The translations under genes were made by a program, and so were the position numbers. The notes under the pieces were generated by a model. That model made no database searches. It saw only the letters and a list, made by a program, of their open reading frames with translations, and had not been told where the DNA came from. Below are positions 37,745 through 48,664 of a stretch of 57,593 nucleotides of DNA, piece after piece (position 1 is the stretch's first letter; each line of letters opens with the position of its first letter). Origin of the DNA: a virus (lineage: Duplodnaviria > Caudoviricetes); the IMG/VR virus record IMGVR_UViG_3300033153_010811, positions 1 to 57,593 of that record, one strand, 5' to 3'.

Positions 37745-38322
37745 TGGCAGAATTTCCGTTAATGTCAAGGGCTATTCACCCACTGGTTGAGCAAATCCAG
37801 TTTAAAACGTTAGTATCACGGTTTGATGATCTGGGGGAGGAAACGCGTAAGAAAAAATGGTTATACCCGCGCCGGCGCATTTCGCTTGCTTTCAAAGGTT
37901 TGTCTCTCGCAGATGCGAAAACACTGTGGGCTTTCTATATTGCCCGCGGAGGCTCGTTCGAGGCATTCAACTGGTTTCATCTATTTAGCAATACTTATGT
38001 TGGTGAATATGTTGGTACTGGGGACGGATCAACTACTAATTTCAATTTGCCATCTAAAGATGCTTCTTCGAGAAAATTATACATTGATGGTGAGGAACAA
38101 ACTGAAGGCGTAAACTGGACATTCACTGCCGAAGGTGGGGCCGATAGCGCCGATCTTTGTGAATTAACCACCGCAGCGGCATCAGGGCAGCGAATTACTT
38201 TTGATTTCACAGGTTATCTTAAAGTGCGCTGCCGATTTGACGAAGATTATGCGGATTTTAGAATTTTTGTAAGAACATTGACGGAAGCGGGTATTAAATT
38301 ACAGGGGTTACTTAATGCGTAA
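37744..38322 (+). CDS. Distal tail protein (DUF2460-like)
   Basis: F.IARGG.FEAF, GTGDGSTTNF, VRCRFD. Confidence 0.7.
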   Translation: MAEFPLMSRAIHPLVEQIQFKTLVSRFDDLGEETRKKKWLYPRRRISLAFKGLSLADAKTLWAFYIARGGSFEAFNWFHLFSNTYVGEYVGTGDGSTTNFNLPSKDASSRKLYIDGEEQTEGVNWTFTAEGGADSADLCELTTAAASGQRITFDFTGYLKVRCRFDEDYADFRIFVRTLTEAGIKLQGLLNA

Positions 38323-38941
38323 TATAGATTCCAGTATCATAGCCGAATTAGAAAGCAGCGAGTTCAGGCCTTTTCTCCTGATTGATTTAGAGATTGATTC
38401 AACTCATTATCGATATACAAATTGTGATGTTCCCATTGAATACAATGGAAATATATATACTCCCAGAGGATTCAGCGTCAGTGAAATTCAATACTCACTT
38501 TCAAAAATTGTGGATCAGGCAACTATAGAGATGGACAACTTAGATAGTGTTTTTACATCTCTATTTGTTGGTGGTGATCCTCGGGGCAGCCTGGTGATTT
38601 TGTCTCTCGTGGTTCTGAATTCAAATGGTCAAATCATTGATGAACCAGTGACTCTGTTTGAAGGAGATCTGGACACGTGGGATTTAGATGAGAAAAAACT
38701 AAGATTGATCCTGGCCAGTGAGGCGGCTCGATGGCCGAAGAAAACCCTCGTGAAGCAAGCGTCGAGTTGCCGATGGAAAGTATTTAAGGGCACTGAATGC
38801 GGATATTCAGGAAGTGAAACCTGGTGTGATCGGTCTTATACTCGGTGTGAATATCTAAACAATACCGATAACTTTGGCGGGGAAAGATGGCTGCCATCTA
38901 TTGTAGATAAGGAAATTTGGTGGGGTAGAAAACCTAAATGA
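38315..38941 (+). CDS. Tail tip/hub protein (gpL/DUF2163-like)
   Basis: C-terminal CRW...ECGY...CDRS..RC..NFGG Cys cluster. Confidence 0.7.
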   Translation: MRNIDSSIIAELESSEFRPFLLIDLEIDSTHYRYTNCDVPIEYNGNIYTPRGFSVSEIQYSLSKIVDQATIEMDNLDSVFTSLFVGGDPRGSLVILSLVVLNSNGQIIDEPVTLFEGDLDTWDLDEKKLRLILASEAARWPKKTLVKQASSCRWKVFKGTECGYSGSETWCDRSYTRCEYLNNTDNFGGERWLPSIVDKEIWWGRKPK

Positions 38942-39354
38942 ATTTAGCGAAAATATCATCACGATTTATCGGCATTCCTTATGAATTAGGCAGGATGGAT
39001 TGTTTTATGGCTGTTGTCAGATATTTACAGGAAAAGGGTTGTGCTCCAAATATTAACGAGTATCAGGGCATAACATTGGAGACCTATGCAGAAGTTTTCC
39101 TGAATGACCCTGAGCGAGCGAAAAATATTATGGTGCAATTAATGGATGACTATTTTTCAGTTATAGAATCCAAAAAAGCCGCTCCTGGTGATATTGCACT
39201 TCTGAAACTAAGAGGTAATTCCGCGCCGCCATTTTTAGGGATTATAGCAGGCAATGCTATAATTATTATCGCAACCGAGCAAGATGGTGTGACAACTTAT
39301 CCATTAAAACATTATAAAATATTGAGGGCGTGGAGATGCCAGCGGCAGCAGTAG
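38938..39354 (+). CDS. NlpC/P60-like tail protein
   Basis: GIPYELGRMDC, PGDIALL. Confidence 0.65.
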   Translation: MNLAKISSRFIGIPYELGRMDCFMAVVRYLQEKGCAPNINEYQGITLETYAEVFLNDPERAKNIMVQLMDDYFSVIESKKAAPGDIALLKLRGNSAPPFLGIIAGNAIIIIATEQDGVTTYPLKHYKILRAWRCQRQQ

Positions 39355-41831
39355 CACCATTTGTTGCAAAAGTATTTGCTTCGTTTGTCGTGTCCAGGAT
39401 AGCAACGGGGCTTTTGAGCCGTGACAAGGACCCGAAATCCAGGCTTGAAGATCTGACTCGTGGCATACGGGCTAACACTCGGTCAACCAGCGTACTGCTG
39501 CCCATAGTCTACGGTCAGATGAAAAAAGGTGGTAATGATGTTTTTATGGAATCGCAAGGATCAAATAATAATATTCTTTGGATCGTTCAAAACCTGGCAG
39601 AAGGGGAATGCGAGGGGATCGCCCAGGTAGGAGGAGTTGATCAATTATTTTTAGGAGACAAACTCTGGAACACATTTGGTGGAAATGTTTCATACTGGTT
39701 TCATTCAGGAACAGCGTCACAGACAGTGAATTCCAGTCTCCACAGCGCTATATCAAAATGGACCGACTGTAAGCATTACACAACATATATTGTCTGGAAA
39801 TTGACGTATAGTCAGGATTATTTTCAAAATCTACCGGACCGTATGGCTCTTTTGAAAGGGCGAAAACTTTATGATTTTAGAGATGAATCTACTGCCTGGT
39901 CTCAGAACCCTGTTTTGGCGCTTTACGATTTTATGACAAATACACGTTATGGAGAGGGCATAGATAGTTCAAAGATTGACGTCACGTCCTGGACATCGGC
40001 GGCTAATTATTGTGATACTGCGGGCTGGAAAATTAATATGATTATTAAGCAGCACGATATGCATGCAGATAAAATTCGAGAAAACATCTTAAGTTCATTT
40101 CGAGGGCATCTTGTCTGGTATGATGGAAAATATTATCTTAGGTATTCCGATCTGAATTATGAGTCATCGGTTATGACATTGCAAGACAATCATATATTTC
40201 AGGATGATGATGGCAGGGCGCAAGTGCGCATATCAGAGCCCAGTAGATTTCATTATCCGGACGGCATGAAGGTAACATTCATAAATGCGGATAAAAACTA
40301 TACAGAGGATACTGTGATTATTGGCGACAGTCTTGGGGTTCTGGAACAAATCCATCTTGAAGCAATTACTGATCGAGAAACTGCGTCCAATATAGGAACA
40401 TATCTTCTGGAACGCAAACAGTTAGATCGGATGATCCGCGGAACATTTAGGGATGATGCGCTGAAATTGGAACCGCATGACATTGTGACTTTCAATTCGA
40501 CAGCACTGTCTATATCGGATCAACTCATGCGGGTAAAAGAAGAAAGAATTATGCCAGATGGTTTGATCGATCTGGTATTGATGTATGAGAGCGATGTTTT
40601 GTATAATGATGACTATGATTATACAGCAGAAGATGCCTTTGAATGTGATTTGCCCAGTCCTGAAGATGAACCGCCCAATGTTACAAACGTGAATTTTACG
40701 GAGGAGACTTATCATTATAGACTGCGAACATTTACGCGGCTTAAAATTACTTTTGATCCGCCTTCTAATTATGCCTGGTTTGACCGGGTGGCTGTCTGGT
40801 TTTCTCTGGGCGCAATAGGAAGCACAAGAATTACAGAAGCAGGGGATACAAGAGTTACAGAAGCAGGGGATACAAGAGTTACAGACGCTCCTGGCGTATG
40901 GAAGTATTTATACGATGTTAATACAGACTTCAACATAGACAACCTTGAAGAAGGTCAGCGTTACCTGATAAAATTACAGACAGTTTCCATCTGGGATACT
41001 AAGACAAAATTTGATAATGCTTATTTACTGGATACGACTATTCTTGGTAAAACATCAAGCCCTGCATCAGTAGCCGATTTATCCGCAATCATGAACGCTA
41101 ATTCTATTAATTTGTATTCATACAAGGTGTCAGATCCCGATGTTGAATTATATGAGTTTCGTTTGGGAACATCCTGGTCCGGTGCTATATTTCTGGGCGC
41201 TTATCGCAGTCCAAATTTATCTCTTTATGGTGTGAAACCAGGCAGTCATACATTCTATATCAATACGTTGGCCAATAATAATCAATATGGCGATACCCCA
41301 AGAAGCACAACTGTATCTCTGCCAGAGCCCCCTATAGGATGGACGATTCAGAATACTGAAACCTGCGATTATGATGGGGTGGGATCTCACGACAATACGG
41401 AACACACAACTTATAATAGTGAGGATTACCTTAAATGTTCCCATACCAGCGGAGTTCTGGTTGGCACATATATATCGCCGATTTATGACCGGGGATCTTC
41501 TGCGGAATACCTGGTTTATCTTTTAGCCGACATTGTTGTAACAGGGGCGGGAACAGACTGGGACAGTGTCATCCCATCTCCTAATACCTGGGAAAGTATA
41601 AGTATAGACACCAGATCATGGACAGAAATATTTGAATTGGCAGCAGGCCCTAAAGTAGAAACCAAATTAAAATATGGAGAAACCAGCCCGCCTACCAACG
41701 AAGTAGAAAGGATGGAGATATTGGGAACAGTGGTAACCGGGCGATATTTTCAGGCTGAGATTACGATTACTGATCCGTCTGACGCTGTTAACGCGTTGGT
41801 GGAACATTTTGAATTAAAATTCTGTCAATAA
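39330..41831 (+). CDS. Central tail tip/host specificity protein (gpJ-like)
   Basis: LPIVYG, AWSQNPVLALYD, FN3-like C-terminal region. Confidence 0.8.
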   Translation: MEMPAAAVAPFVAKVFASFVVSRIATGLLSRDKDPKSRLEDLTRGIRANTRSTSVLLPIVYGQMKKGGNDVFMESQGSNNNILWIVQNLAEGECEGIAQVGGVDQLFLGDKLWNTFGGNVSYWFHSGTASQTVNSSLHSAISKWTDCKHYTTYIVWKLTYSQDYFQNLPDRMALLKGRKLYDFRDESTAWSQNPVLALYDFMTNTRYGEGIDSSKIDVTSWTSAANYCDTAGWKINMIIKQHDMHADKIRENILSSFRGHLVWYDGKYYLRYSDLNYESSVMTLQDNHIFQDDDGRAQVRISEPSRFHYPDGMKVTFINADKNYTEDTVIIGDSLGVLEQIHLEAITDRETASNIGTYLLERKQLDRMIRGTFRDDALKLEPHDIVTFNSTALSISDQLMRVKEERIMPDGLIDLVLMYESDVLYNDDYDYTAEDAFECDLPSPEDEPPNVTNVNFTEETYHYRLRTFTRLKITFDPPSNYAWFDRVAVWFSLGAIGSTRITEAGDTRVTEAGDTRVTDAPGVWKYLYDVNTDFNIDNLEEGQRYLIKLQTVSIWDTKTKFDNAYLLDTTILGKTSSPASVADLSAIMNANSINLYSYKVSDPDVELYEFRLGTSWSGAIFLGAYRSPNLSLYGVKPGSHTFYINTLANNNQYGDTPRSTTVSLPEPPIGWTIQNTETCDYDGVGSHDNTEHTTYNSEDYLKCSHTSGVLVGTYISPIYDRGSSAEYLVYLLADIVVTGAGTDWDSVIPSPNTWESISIDTRSWTEIFELAAGPKVETKLKYGETSPPTNEVERMEILGTVVTGRYFQAEITITDPSDAVNALVEHFELKFCQ
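40824..40885 (+). repeat. 24-nt in-frame tandem repeat (TRI/VTEAGD x2.6)
   Basis: ACAAGARTTACAGAAGCAGGGGAT repeated. Confidence 0.9.
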
Positions 41832-41855
41832 ATTTATCAGTAAAAAGGAGTTGTT

Positions 41856-42941
41856 ATGAGTCAGAATTATACAGATAATTGTTTTGCTCCTGGCCATGTC
41901 GGCCAGACAGATTTACAAAATATGGAAAATAATTTTGCCGCTTTGAAGTCGGGGTTTTCCGGTGCTTCGGCCCCGTCTAATCCAGTGGCCGGCATGATCT
42001 GGATTGATACAACCAATGATTTACTCAAACGTTATTATGACGGGTCGTGGATTTCTATATGGGATTTGGCGAACAACAAACCCATAATTACTAATCTGAG
42101 CAATGAAATTACAAGCAGTATGATTTCGTCAGCTATCAAGGATGCAGCAGCGGGAACGGCTTCTTTACGGACTTTAGGAACAGGGGCTAATCAAGCTGCC
42201 GCTGGAAACCAACCGCCACCTGACGGATCGGTTACCGAAGCAAAATTGGCGTCAAGCGTGATTTCTCAAGCCAAATTAAAAACTTCAACACAAAGTCAGA
42301 GTTATGATATAACAGCATACGCGACTCATAAATTCGTATTAACAGGAGGGCAGTATTGTTTTAGTCCACTTGTGAAGGGTGAGAGTAATGATATAATTCT
42401 TGGTTTTGCAGAAGAAGTGGGAACATCATACATTAATCTTGTTATGCTAAAAAATGATAGTGATAGTAATCGTTATGGCTACGTGCAGCATCGGTATGTG
42501 ACGTCTTCCGGCGAAGTTTATTGGATATTCATTTTAAAAGATAAAGCGACCGGAAAAATTATTGGGACAAGTGCTTGTGATGATCATCCTTCTTTCGGAT
42601 ATAATGGAAATCATGAAATGTTTCCTCACCCGTTTACGGAATCCTATGATTCTACAAAACATGAGATAGTGGTGATTAATCCGGCCAGAGAAGAAATTCA
42701 CGAATTAAAGAAAAAGACAAGTTACGATAGATGTCTTACTCAAGTAATTGGTGAAGATTATGATATTGATGATACAATAAAACCACCCTGGCCTACAACG
42801 CCAGTTACAGTCGGTTTGCCACCGGAATGGGAAGAAAAATCCACAGGTTCTATAATAAAACCCATTAGAAAAGTAATACCAAAACCATCTATGGTTAAGA
42901 CTGCGAGGCTGAGACTAAAAAGACAAAACAGGAGAATATGA
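41856..42941 (+). CDS. Tail fibre-like protein
   Basis: APSNPVAGMIWIDT, DGSVTEAKLA motifs. Confidence 0.65.
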   Translation: MSQNYTDNCFAPGHVGQTDLQNMENNFAALKSGFSGASAPSNPVAGMIWIDTTNDLLKRYYDGSWISIWDLANNKPIITNLSNEITSSMISSAIKDAAAGTASLRTLGTGANQAAAGNQPPPDGSVTEAKLASSVISQAKLKTSTQSQSYDITAYATHKFVLTGGQYCFSPLVKGESNDIILGFAEEVGTSYINLVMLKNDSDSNRYGYVQHRYVTSSGEVYWIFILKDKATGKIIGTSACDDHPSFGYNGNHEMFPHPFTESYDSTKHEIVVINPAREEIHELKKKTSYDRCLTQVIGEDYDIDDTIKPPWPTTPVTVGLPPEWEEKSTGSIIKPIRKVIPKPSMVKTARLRLKRQNRRI

Positions 42942-43393
42942 AAGCAGTCCTTGAAAATGATATTATTGTTCACATCACTGAGCGCGGAGATACCGAAATC
43001 GGGCAAATACCTAAAGGTGTCGGTCTTGAGCGATTAAGATGGGATGGAAAGAAGGTTGTGGATCTGGCCGATCTTGATCAAATATGGGTAGAAGAACGAA
43101 ACGGGGTTTTCATTCTCCATGCTGTCGAGGTTCCGGGAGCGCAAAAAGTGTCCATGACTTATGCGGATCGGAAAAAATTGACACGGGATGCTGATTTGAT
43201 ACGATTAAAGTCTGTGAACGAAATTGAGGTTGATAGTCGAGAACAGGAATTGAAAGGCAAGATAAGTGCATTAACCTTAGATGATATGAGGATATTGTTG
43301 GTTCATATGGCTAAAAAAATGGGAGTGATTGATAAAGCTCCTGCTTTGAATCAGGAAAAGCTTAGTAAAATTCAATCAAAAATAATGGAGTAA
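42938..43393 (+). CDS. Hypothetical tail-module protein
   Basis: Coupled ORF. Confidence 0.6.
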   Translation: MKAVLENDIIVHITERGDTEIGQIPKGVGLERLRWDGKKVVDLADLDQIWVEERNGVFILHAVEVPGAQKVSMTYADRKKLTRDADLIRLKSVNEIEVDSREQELKGKISALTLDDMRILLVHMAKKMGVIDKAPALNQEKLSKIQSKIME

Positions 43394-43397
43394 CAAA

Positions 43398-44186
43398 ATG
43401 GCAAGTATAAAAATAACTGATCTGCCGGAAATTGACACTCTTGCAGACGCAGATTTGATTGAGGTCGTTGATGATGTGGGAGGGACACCCACGTCAAAAA
43501 AATCAACATGGACGGAAATCAAGTCATTCCTGAAATCTTACTTTGACGGGATTTATGCGGAGTCAGGAGTTAATAGTGATATAACTTCAATGACAGGGCT
43601 TGATGATGACGGGATACCCGTTGCTAAAGTAGATAAGGCTGTTAGTGCTAATGCTAATATTGGGGATAATAAGCTTGTCAGGGGAGATGGCGGAGCTGAA
43701 GGTGTTCAGGAATGTTCTACCATTACAGTGTCTGATAATGGGGAGATGGTTAATACTGGGCAACCTTGTTTTAATGTTGTTTTGACCTCCGATCAAGATA
43801 ACGTCACCGGCGATGATACTTTATATTCAATTACTGGGGCTATATGGACAGAAATCATAGATCAGGGAAATAACTTTTCCAATGGAACATACACTGCCCC
43901 TGTTGATGGACAGCACCAGTTGTCTGGTGTTGTCAGCATAGCTGGTTTGCTTGCTGCTCATTCATTTGGAGAAATTAGATTAGAAACTTCTAATAGATCA
44001 TACATGTTATTTTATGGCGATCCATATACATTACAAGATGGTAATTGGAAGATTCTTATTAACTTTTCACTTACAGTAGACATGGATGAAAGCGATACAG
44101 CATATTTAACTGTAAAAATTTATAATGGTACTAAAGTGATCGATGTTGATCACGAAACTCGATTCACTGGAGCACTAATTTGCTAA
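43398..44186 (+). CDS. Tail fibre with C1q-like head
   Basis: KITDLP N-terminus; DQGNNFSNGTYTAPVDG...FTGALI. Confidence 0.65.
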   Translation: MASIKITDLPEIDTLADADLIEVVDDVGGTPTSKKSTWTEIKSFLKSYFDGIYAESGVNSDITSMTGLDDDGIPVAKVDKAVSANANIGDNKLVRGDGGAEGVQECSTITVSDNGEMVNTGQPCFNVVLTSDQDNVTGDDTLYSITGAIWTEIIDQGNNFSNGTYTAPVDGQHQLSGVVSIAGLLAAHSFGEIRLETSNRSYMLFYGDPYTLQDGNWKILINFSLTVDMDESDTAYLTVKIYNGTKVIDVDHETRFTGALIC

Positions 44187-44200
44187 AGGAGAAAACATAA

Positions 44201-44446
44201 ATGAAAACAATTCAAGTTCAAATTACAGATCTCGAATATGAAATCTTAGAGTCATGGTTAGGTGTTGGTCAAGTCGAAGCATGGCTTCAACATGCGATAG
44301 ATAATAAAGTTCGTCAACGGACTGATGCCTCTGTTCTCGAACACACTGACCGTAATCCTAAGAAACTGAATAAACAAACTAAACTTGATCTGCTTAAGGA
44401 TGTTCAACTTCCTTCGCGGGAAGAGCGAGATCAGTTGACAAAGTAA
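44201..44446 (+). CDS. Hypothetical protein
   Basis: AGGAG RBS. Confidence 0.6.
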   Translation: MKTIQVQITDLEYEILESWLGVGQVEAWLQHAIDNKVRQRTDASVLEHTDRNPKKLNKQTKLDLLKDVQLPSREERDQLTK

Positions 44447-44458
44447 TGGAGAATCAAA

Positions 44459-44842
44459 ATGAGTGATTATCATGTTTTAGAACAATCCGCTGACAAGAAA
44501 ACCGTTCGGGTGGCGCTGCATTATACGATTCCGGCAGATAGCCAAAACCAGGTAAATCAAAACCATCGGAACTTGATTGCTATCGTGCGGAAAAATGCAG
44601 AATCCGGCACGGTCAAATCCCAGGTACCCTACTTAGCGGACGAATTCTCAACTGAGCTGGCCAAGATGCAGACCGGGGAAATAATCGAGGAAGTAGTGAC
44701 GGTTCGCTTTTCTTCTCTGGGCTTGAGCAATGCCCAGAAAAAGGCCGAGATCGAAGCTGCCTGGGAAGCTAAGCGTGCTGAGATTTTTGACAGATTGCAG
44801 ACGCAACTAGAATATTATCACTACGATAATGATATAGTTTAA
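44459..44842 (+). CDS. Hypothetical protein
   Basis: RBS, operon context. Confidence 0.6.
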   Translation: MSDYHVLEQSADKKTVRVALHYTIPADSQNQVNQNHRNLIAIVRKNAESGTVKSQVPYLADEFSTELAKMQTGEIIEEVVTVRFSSLGLSNAQKKAEIEAAWEAKRAEIFDRLQTQLEYYHYDNDIV

Positions 44843-44852
44843 GGAGTGAGTT

Positions 44853-45302
44853 ATGAGTACTGAAAAACGATTTACGGAGTATGACTCGCTACAGACGTAT
44901 TTGACTACCGAGTTGGATAGCCTGGCTGATGGTGCCAATAAGTTAGGCGCGGCCATTGATTTTGCGGCGGGTGGAACGGATAGGAAGTTGTTCATGGATA
45001 TCGAAGTTTATTTGGCCAGCGTTAATCTGTCGGCTCAGACCAATCCGGCATTGTATATCTGGCTAATCCGCAGAACTGACGGCACAAATTTTGAGGACGG
45101 CGGCGATAGTATTACCCCTGCCCGAGCGCCAGATAAGATTATTCCGTTGCGAGAAGTCAATGGCGCTCAAAGAGTATCCGCCCGAATGTTGATGCTCATG
45201 CCGGATCAGGGCAAATTATTGATCGGTAATCGAGCAGGAGCCGCTTTAGCATCGTCTGGCAACACCGTGAAATACAACATCTACAGCGTGCAGGACGTGT
45301 AA
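44853..45302 (+). CDS. Hypothetical virion protein
   Basis: AGGAG RBS, beta-rich. Confidence 0.6.
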   Translation: MSTEKRFTEYDSLQTYLTTELDSLADGANKLGAAIDFAAGGTDRKLFMDIEVYLASVNLSAQTNPALYIWLIRRTDGTNFEDGGDSITPARAPDKIIPLREVNGAQRVSARMLMLMPDQGKLLIGNRAGAALASSGNTVKYNIYSVQDV

Positions 45303-46819
45303 TGTATAGATTTATCCGAAATCCTGATCCCAGGGAAAAGCCTCCGTATGGCTCTATTCTTGATCCGCATCATCCGATGTCACAGGGGTTGGTGGCATCT
45401 TGGTTGATGAATGAGGGCGGCGGGAATAAGGTTTTTGATATATCTAAGAGCAATAATCATGGAAGCATTGTCTTAGGGCAATGGGAGACACCTGATGGTG
45501 TGCGCTTTGTTTCCGGCACTGTTGATTATATAGAAATTGATCCGATCTTAAACCCTGCTGTGTCTGATTTCACTTTTGGACTCATTCTTAAATTCCTTGC
45601 AGTGCCTTCCTCGCAAGTACATCTTTTGCAGCAAATGGGAACAGATGGTCGCGCCTGGATTTACTTAAATGAAAGTAGTCTTCAATTATATTCATTTTTG
45701 GGCAAAGAAACAACAGATAGCAATTTTACTGCCACTGTAAACAAATGGCATCATATAATTCTAAGAAAAACTGGCTCAACGCTTCAATTTTATATTGATG
45801 GGCAACCAAAAGGTAGCAATACTATTACTGCCGAATCAAGTTCCGATGGCTTTTTATTTGGTACTGATAAAGACAAGATTGAAAGTGCGACTAATGCTAA
45901 TATTTTAGCGAGTCATTTTTATAATTCCGCTATCACTTCCGCAGAAATCGCCCAACTCTACGCCGAACCTTATGCCAACATCTTAGTGCCGCAATATTGG
46001 TTTATGGCGGATTTCGGGGCGGCGGCAGTAATTGAAGATGTTTCTATCATTCTATCAAACGTTTTGAGTGTTTCTCAAACCGGCGGAGCGGTTTCCGGCG
46101 CTGGAATTTCATTAGGGCAGGGATTGGGGGTGTCTGATGGGGGTGATGCAAATGCGGATGGATTGTTAACAATGCAAAAAATTGTTGGATTATTGCAGTC
46201 TGGGTATAAGTCAGTACAAAGCACCATTGATTTGGCAAATCATTTCACTCTCAGCCTGTCTTCAGATGCGATCTCTGAGGCAACATTAGCTACTGCAGTA
46301 CATTTGGCCACAACTACTGATAGGCAGGCTTCTATCGAAACGTCAATATCTCTCGATCAGTTTTTCGGTGCTTCTTTACAGGCCCAGGCAGAAGCATATT
46401 CGGCATTAGTTTTTGCGTATCAGAATAGTATGTTATTATCTGGGCAGACCAGTTCGGAAAGTTTAATATCATTAGCCGTTAAACTTGGTATCTCCATTAA
46501 TTGGATTTTAGAAACAGATGTGTCTATTATGCTGGCGCAAAAATTTGGCGTATCTCATCTATCACAAGTATCAGCCTTTGGCAATCTAACTATTTCGCAG
46601 ATATTGGGGATTTCGACATTGGCTTCTGTTTTTGCTGATGCGGGTATATCATTATCCATGATACAATCTGTTACGATTACAGAGGATACTATAATTGCAG
46701 CAATAACAACTCCAGATGCCAGGACCTTTACAATAAGTGTTGAAGTTAGGGCTTTTGCAATTAACACTGATGCCAGGACTTTTACAATTAACATTGAAGA
46801 TCGAACATATAAAATATAG
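45302..46819 (+). CDS. LamG/concanavalin-like domain virion protein
   Basis: GLVASWLMNEGGG, WHHI, FYIDG, AEIAQLY; Ser/Ala-rich repeat stalk. Confidence 0.75.
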   Translation: MYRFIRNPDPREKPPYGSILDPHHPMSQGLVASWLMNEGGGNKVFDISKSNNHGSIVLGQWETPDGVRFVSGTVDYIEIDPILNPAVSDFTFGLILKFLAVPSSQVHLLQQMGTDGRAWIYLNESSLQLYSFLGKETTDSNFTATVNKWHHIILRKTGSTLQFYIDGQPKGSNTITAESSSDGFLFGTDKDKIESATNANILASHFYNSAITSAEIAQLYAEPYANILVPQYWFMADFGAAAVIEDVSIILSNVLSVSQTGGAVSGAGISLGQGLGVSDGGDANADGLLTMQKIVGLLQSGYKSVQSTIDLANHFTLSLSSDAISEATLATAVHLATTTDRQASIETSISLDQFFGASLQAQAEAYSALVFAYQNSMLLSGQTSSESLISLAVKLGISINWILETDVSIMLAQKFGVSHLSQVSAFGNLTISQILGISTLASVFADAGISLSMIQSVTITEDTIIAAITTPDARTFTISVEVRAFAINTDARTFTINIEDRTYKI

Positions 46820-46828
46820 GAGGGAAAA

Positions 46829-47332
46829 ATGGAATTCAATATGGGTTTCAAAGATGTATTCAAGGTTGAATGTTTCGACAAAAATGGTCAATTGAAATGG
46901 GTTGATTATATTGAAAATCTGGTAGTTAACGAGGGCCTTGATGATGCGCTAGACAAATATTTCAAAGGATCATCATATTCTGCAGCGCATTATGTGGGTT
47001 TAACAGATGGTACTCCAACCTTCGCTGCCGGTGATACTATGTCATCTCATGCCGGCTGGACTGAGGTAACCGCGTACGATGAGGCTGATCGCCAGACTGT
47101 AACCTGGGGATCGGTATCCAGTCAATCTGTTGATAATAGTGCATCTAAGGCTACTTTTACGATCAGTTCTAATTCGACAACAATCGGCGGTGCATTCTTG
47201 TCCACGAATTCAACCAAGGGTGGCTCTACTGGTACGCTATACGGCGGTGGTGCGTTCAATGCAGGCGATAAAAGCCTGGATGACGATGATGTACTTAATG
47301 TTACTGTGACCGCCACAGCTTCAGCGTCTTAA
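46829..47332 (+). CDS. Putative tail fibre/structural protein
   Basis: ENLVVNEG...YVGL...WTEVTAY. Confidence 0.6.
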   Translation: MEFNMGFKDVFKVECFDKNGQLKWVDYIENLVVNEGLDDALDKYFKGSSYSAAHYVGLTDGTPTFAAGDTMSSHAGWTEVTAYDEADRQTVTWGSVSSQSVDNSASKATFTISSNSTTIGGAFLSTNSTKGGSTGTLYGGGAFNAGDKSLDDDDVLNVTVTATASAS

Positions 47333-47344
47333 GGAGGATAATTC

Positions 47345-47617
47345 ATGGCCGGCTCATTCTTAAAAGATCCTGATGCGGTCCTTGATTACGTATTTGATTG
47401 GTCAGACTGGCTGGATTCTGACGAGACTATTTCTAGCTATATTATTACAGAAGAGACCGGGATTACTGTCGATAGTGACAGCGAGTCTGATGGGCTTGTT
47501 ACTGTATGGCTTTCTGGAGGTTCCGCTGGAGAAAAATATAATGTAGCATGCAAGATTACTACGTCACTCGGTCGAACTGACGAACGAACAATGATAATCC
47601 ATGTAAGGAACAGGTAG
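47345..47617 (+). CDS. Putative fibre adaptor protein
   Basis: KDPDAVLDYVFDW...VWLSGG...GRTDER. Confidence 0.65.
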   Translation: MAGSFLKDPDAVLDYVFDWSDWLDSDETISSYIITEETGITVDSDSESDGLVTVWLSGGSAGEKYNVACKITTSLGRTDERTMIIHVRNR

Positions 47618-47628
47618 GAGATCAATTA

Positions 47629-47940
47629 ATGCAACTTACATCAGAGATGACTGTCGGGCTGATAGCACTGTTTGGAATATCCGTGCTGACTATTTTGATG
47701 ATGCTGAAACGGTTCGGAGTTATCAGATTTGCAAATGGAGATCGTTGCCCTGATCACGAATCTTTCTGTAATGCATTCAAGGCTTTGAAAGAGGAACACA
47801 TTGTTCAAGGGGAGGTTTTAAAACAGCATGGGAAACAGCTTGATGAAGGCAAAGAGATATTTAATCAAATCAGGAATGACATTGCTCAAATCAATATTAA
47901 TGTAGCTCTGATAATGCAGGAGTTAAAAATACAAAAATGA
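47629..47940 (+). CDS. Holin-like membrane protein
   Basis: N-terminal TM plus coiled coil; overlaps endolysin start. Confidence 0.5.
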   Translation: MQLTSEMTVGLIALFGISVLTILMMLKRFGVIRFANGDRCPDHESFCNAFKALKEEHIVQGEVLKQHGKQLDEGKEIFNQIRNDIAQININVALIMQELKIQK

Positions 47941-48323
47941 GAACATGGGTGATAAATCCTCGTAATTTTAGGCGTGAGGAGTTCGACTGTAAATGCTGCG
48001 GATGGAACAATATAAAAGAGGAGTTTGTTTGGAGACTCCAACTTGCGCGCACAGAGGCTAAGATCCGCTTTACTGTTCTGTCTGGTTGTCGATGTCGAGA
48101 GCACAATAAAGCTGTCGGAGGTGCAGAAAATTCCGATCATTTGACAGGAGAAGGTGCTGATATCAAATGTAAGGATGCTCGATCAAGATTTTTAATAATT
48201 GATGCTGCTCTTAAAGCAAACATAACACGTATTGGAATTGCAGAAACGTTTATACACTTGGGAGTTGCGAGAAGGAATCCTCAACGAGTTATATGGACAT
48301 ATCCAAAAGGAGAAAAAAGATAA
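47937..48323 (+). CDS. Endolysin, peptidase M15 family
   Basis: EFDCKCCG, SGCRC..HN..VGG..NSDH..G..AD, FIHL. Confidence 0.85.
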   Translation: MRTWVINPRNFRREEFDCKCCGWNNIKEEFVWRLQLARTEAKIRFTVLSGCRCREHNKAVGGAENSDHLTGEGADIKCKDARSRFLIIDAALKANITRIGIAETFIHLGVARRNPQRVIWTYPKGEKR

Positions 48324-48664
48324 AACAGTTCCTAATGACAATTATAATGTTCTTTGTGTTAATTGGAGTCGCTTGCGCTGGTACTACTGTAACTCTTCAA
48401 TGGAATCCAAACAGTGAACCTGATCTTGCAGGCTATAGGATTTATCAGGACGGTATTCAGGTAGCTGAAATTCCCTGCACCGCCAATGATAACTCATGCT
48501 GTGAATGGACCAGTGAGGAGTTACCCGAGCCGCATAAATGGTATGTCACGGCCTATGATACGGACGGTTTTGAATCTAAGCCCTCGAACATGGTAGATTC
48601 GTATCCGCCGAATGCACCAAAGATTAATATTATAGTAAATTTACAGGTCACGGTTAATCCATGA
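48293..48664 (+). CDS. Secreted FN3-like domain protein (start probably downstream)
   Basis: Signal peptide; VTLQWNPNSEPDLAGYRIY...VTAYD. Confidence 0.7.
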   Translation: MDISKRRKKIKQFLMTIIMFFVLIGVACAGTTVTLQWNPNSEPDLAGYRIYQDGIQVAEIPCTANDNSCCEWTSEELPEPHKWYVTAYDTDGFESKPSNMVDSYPPNAPKINIIVNLQVTVNP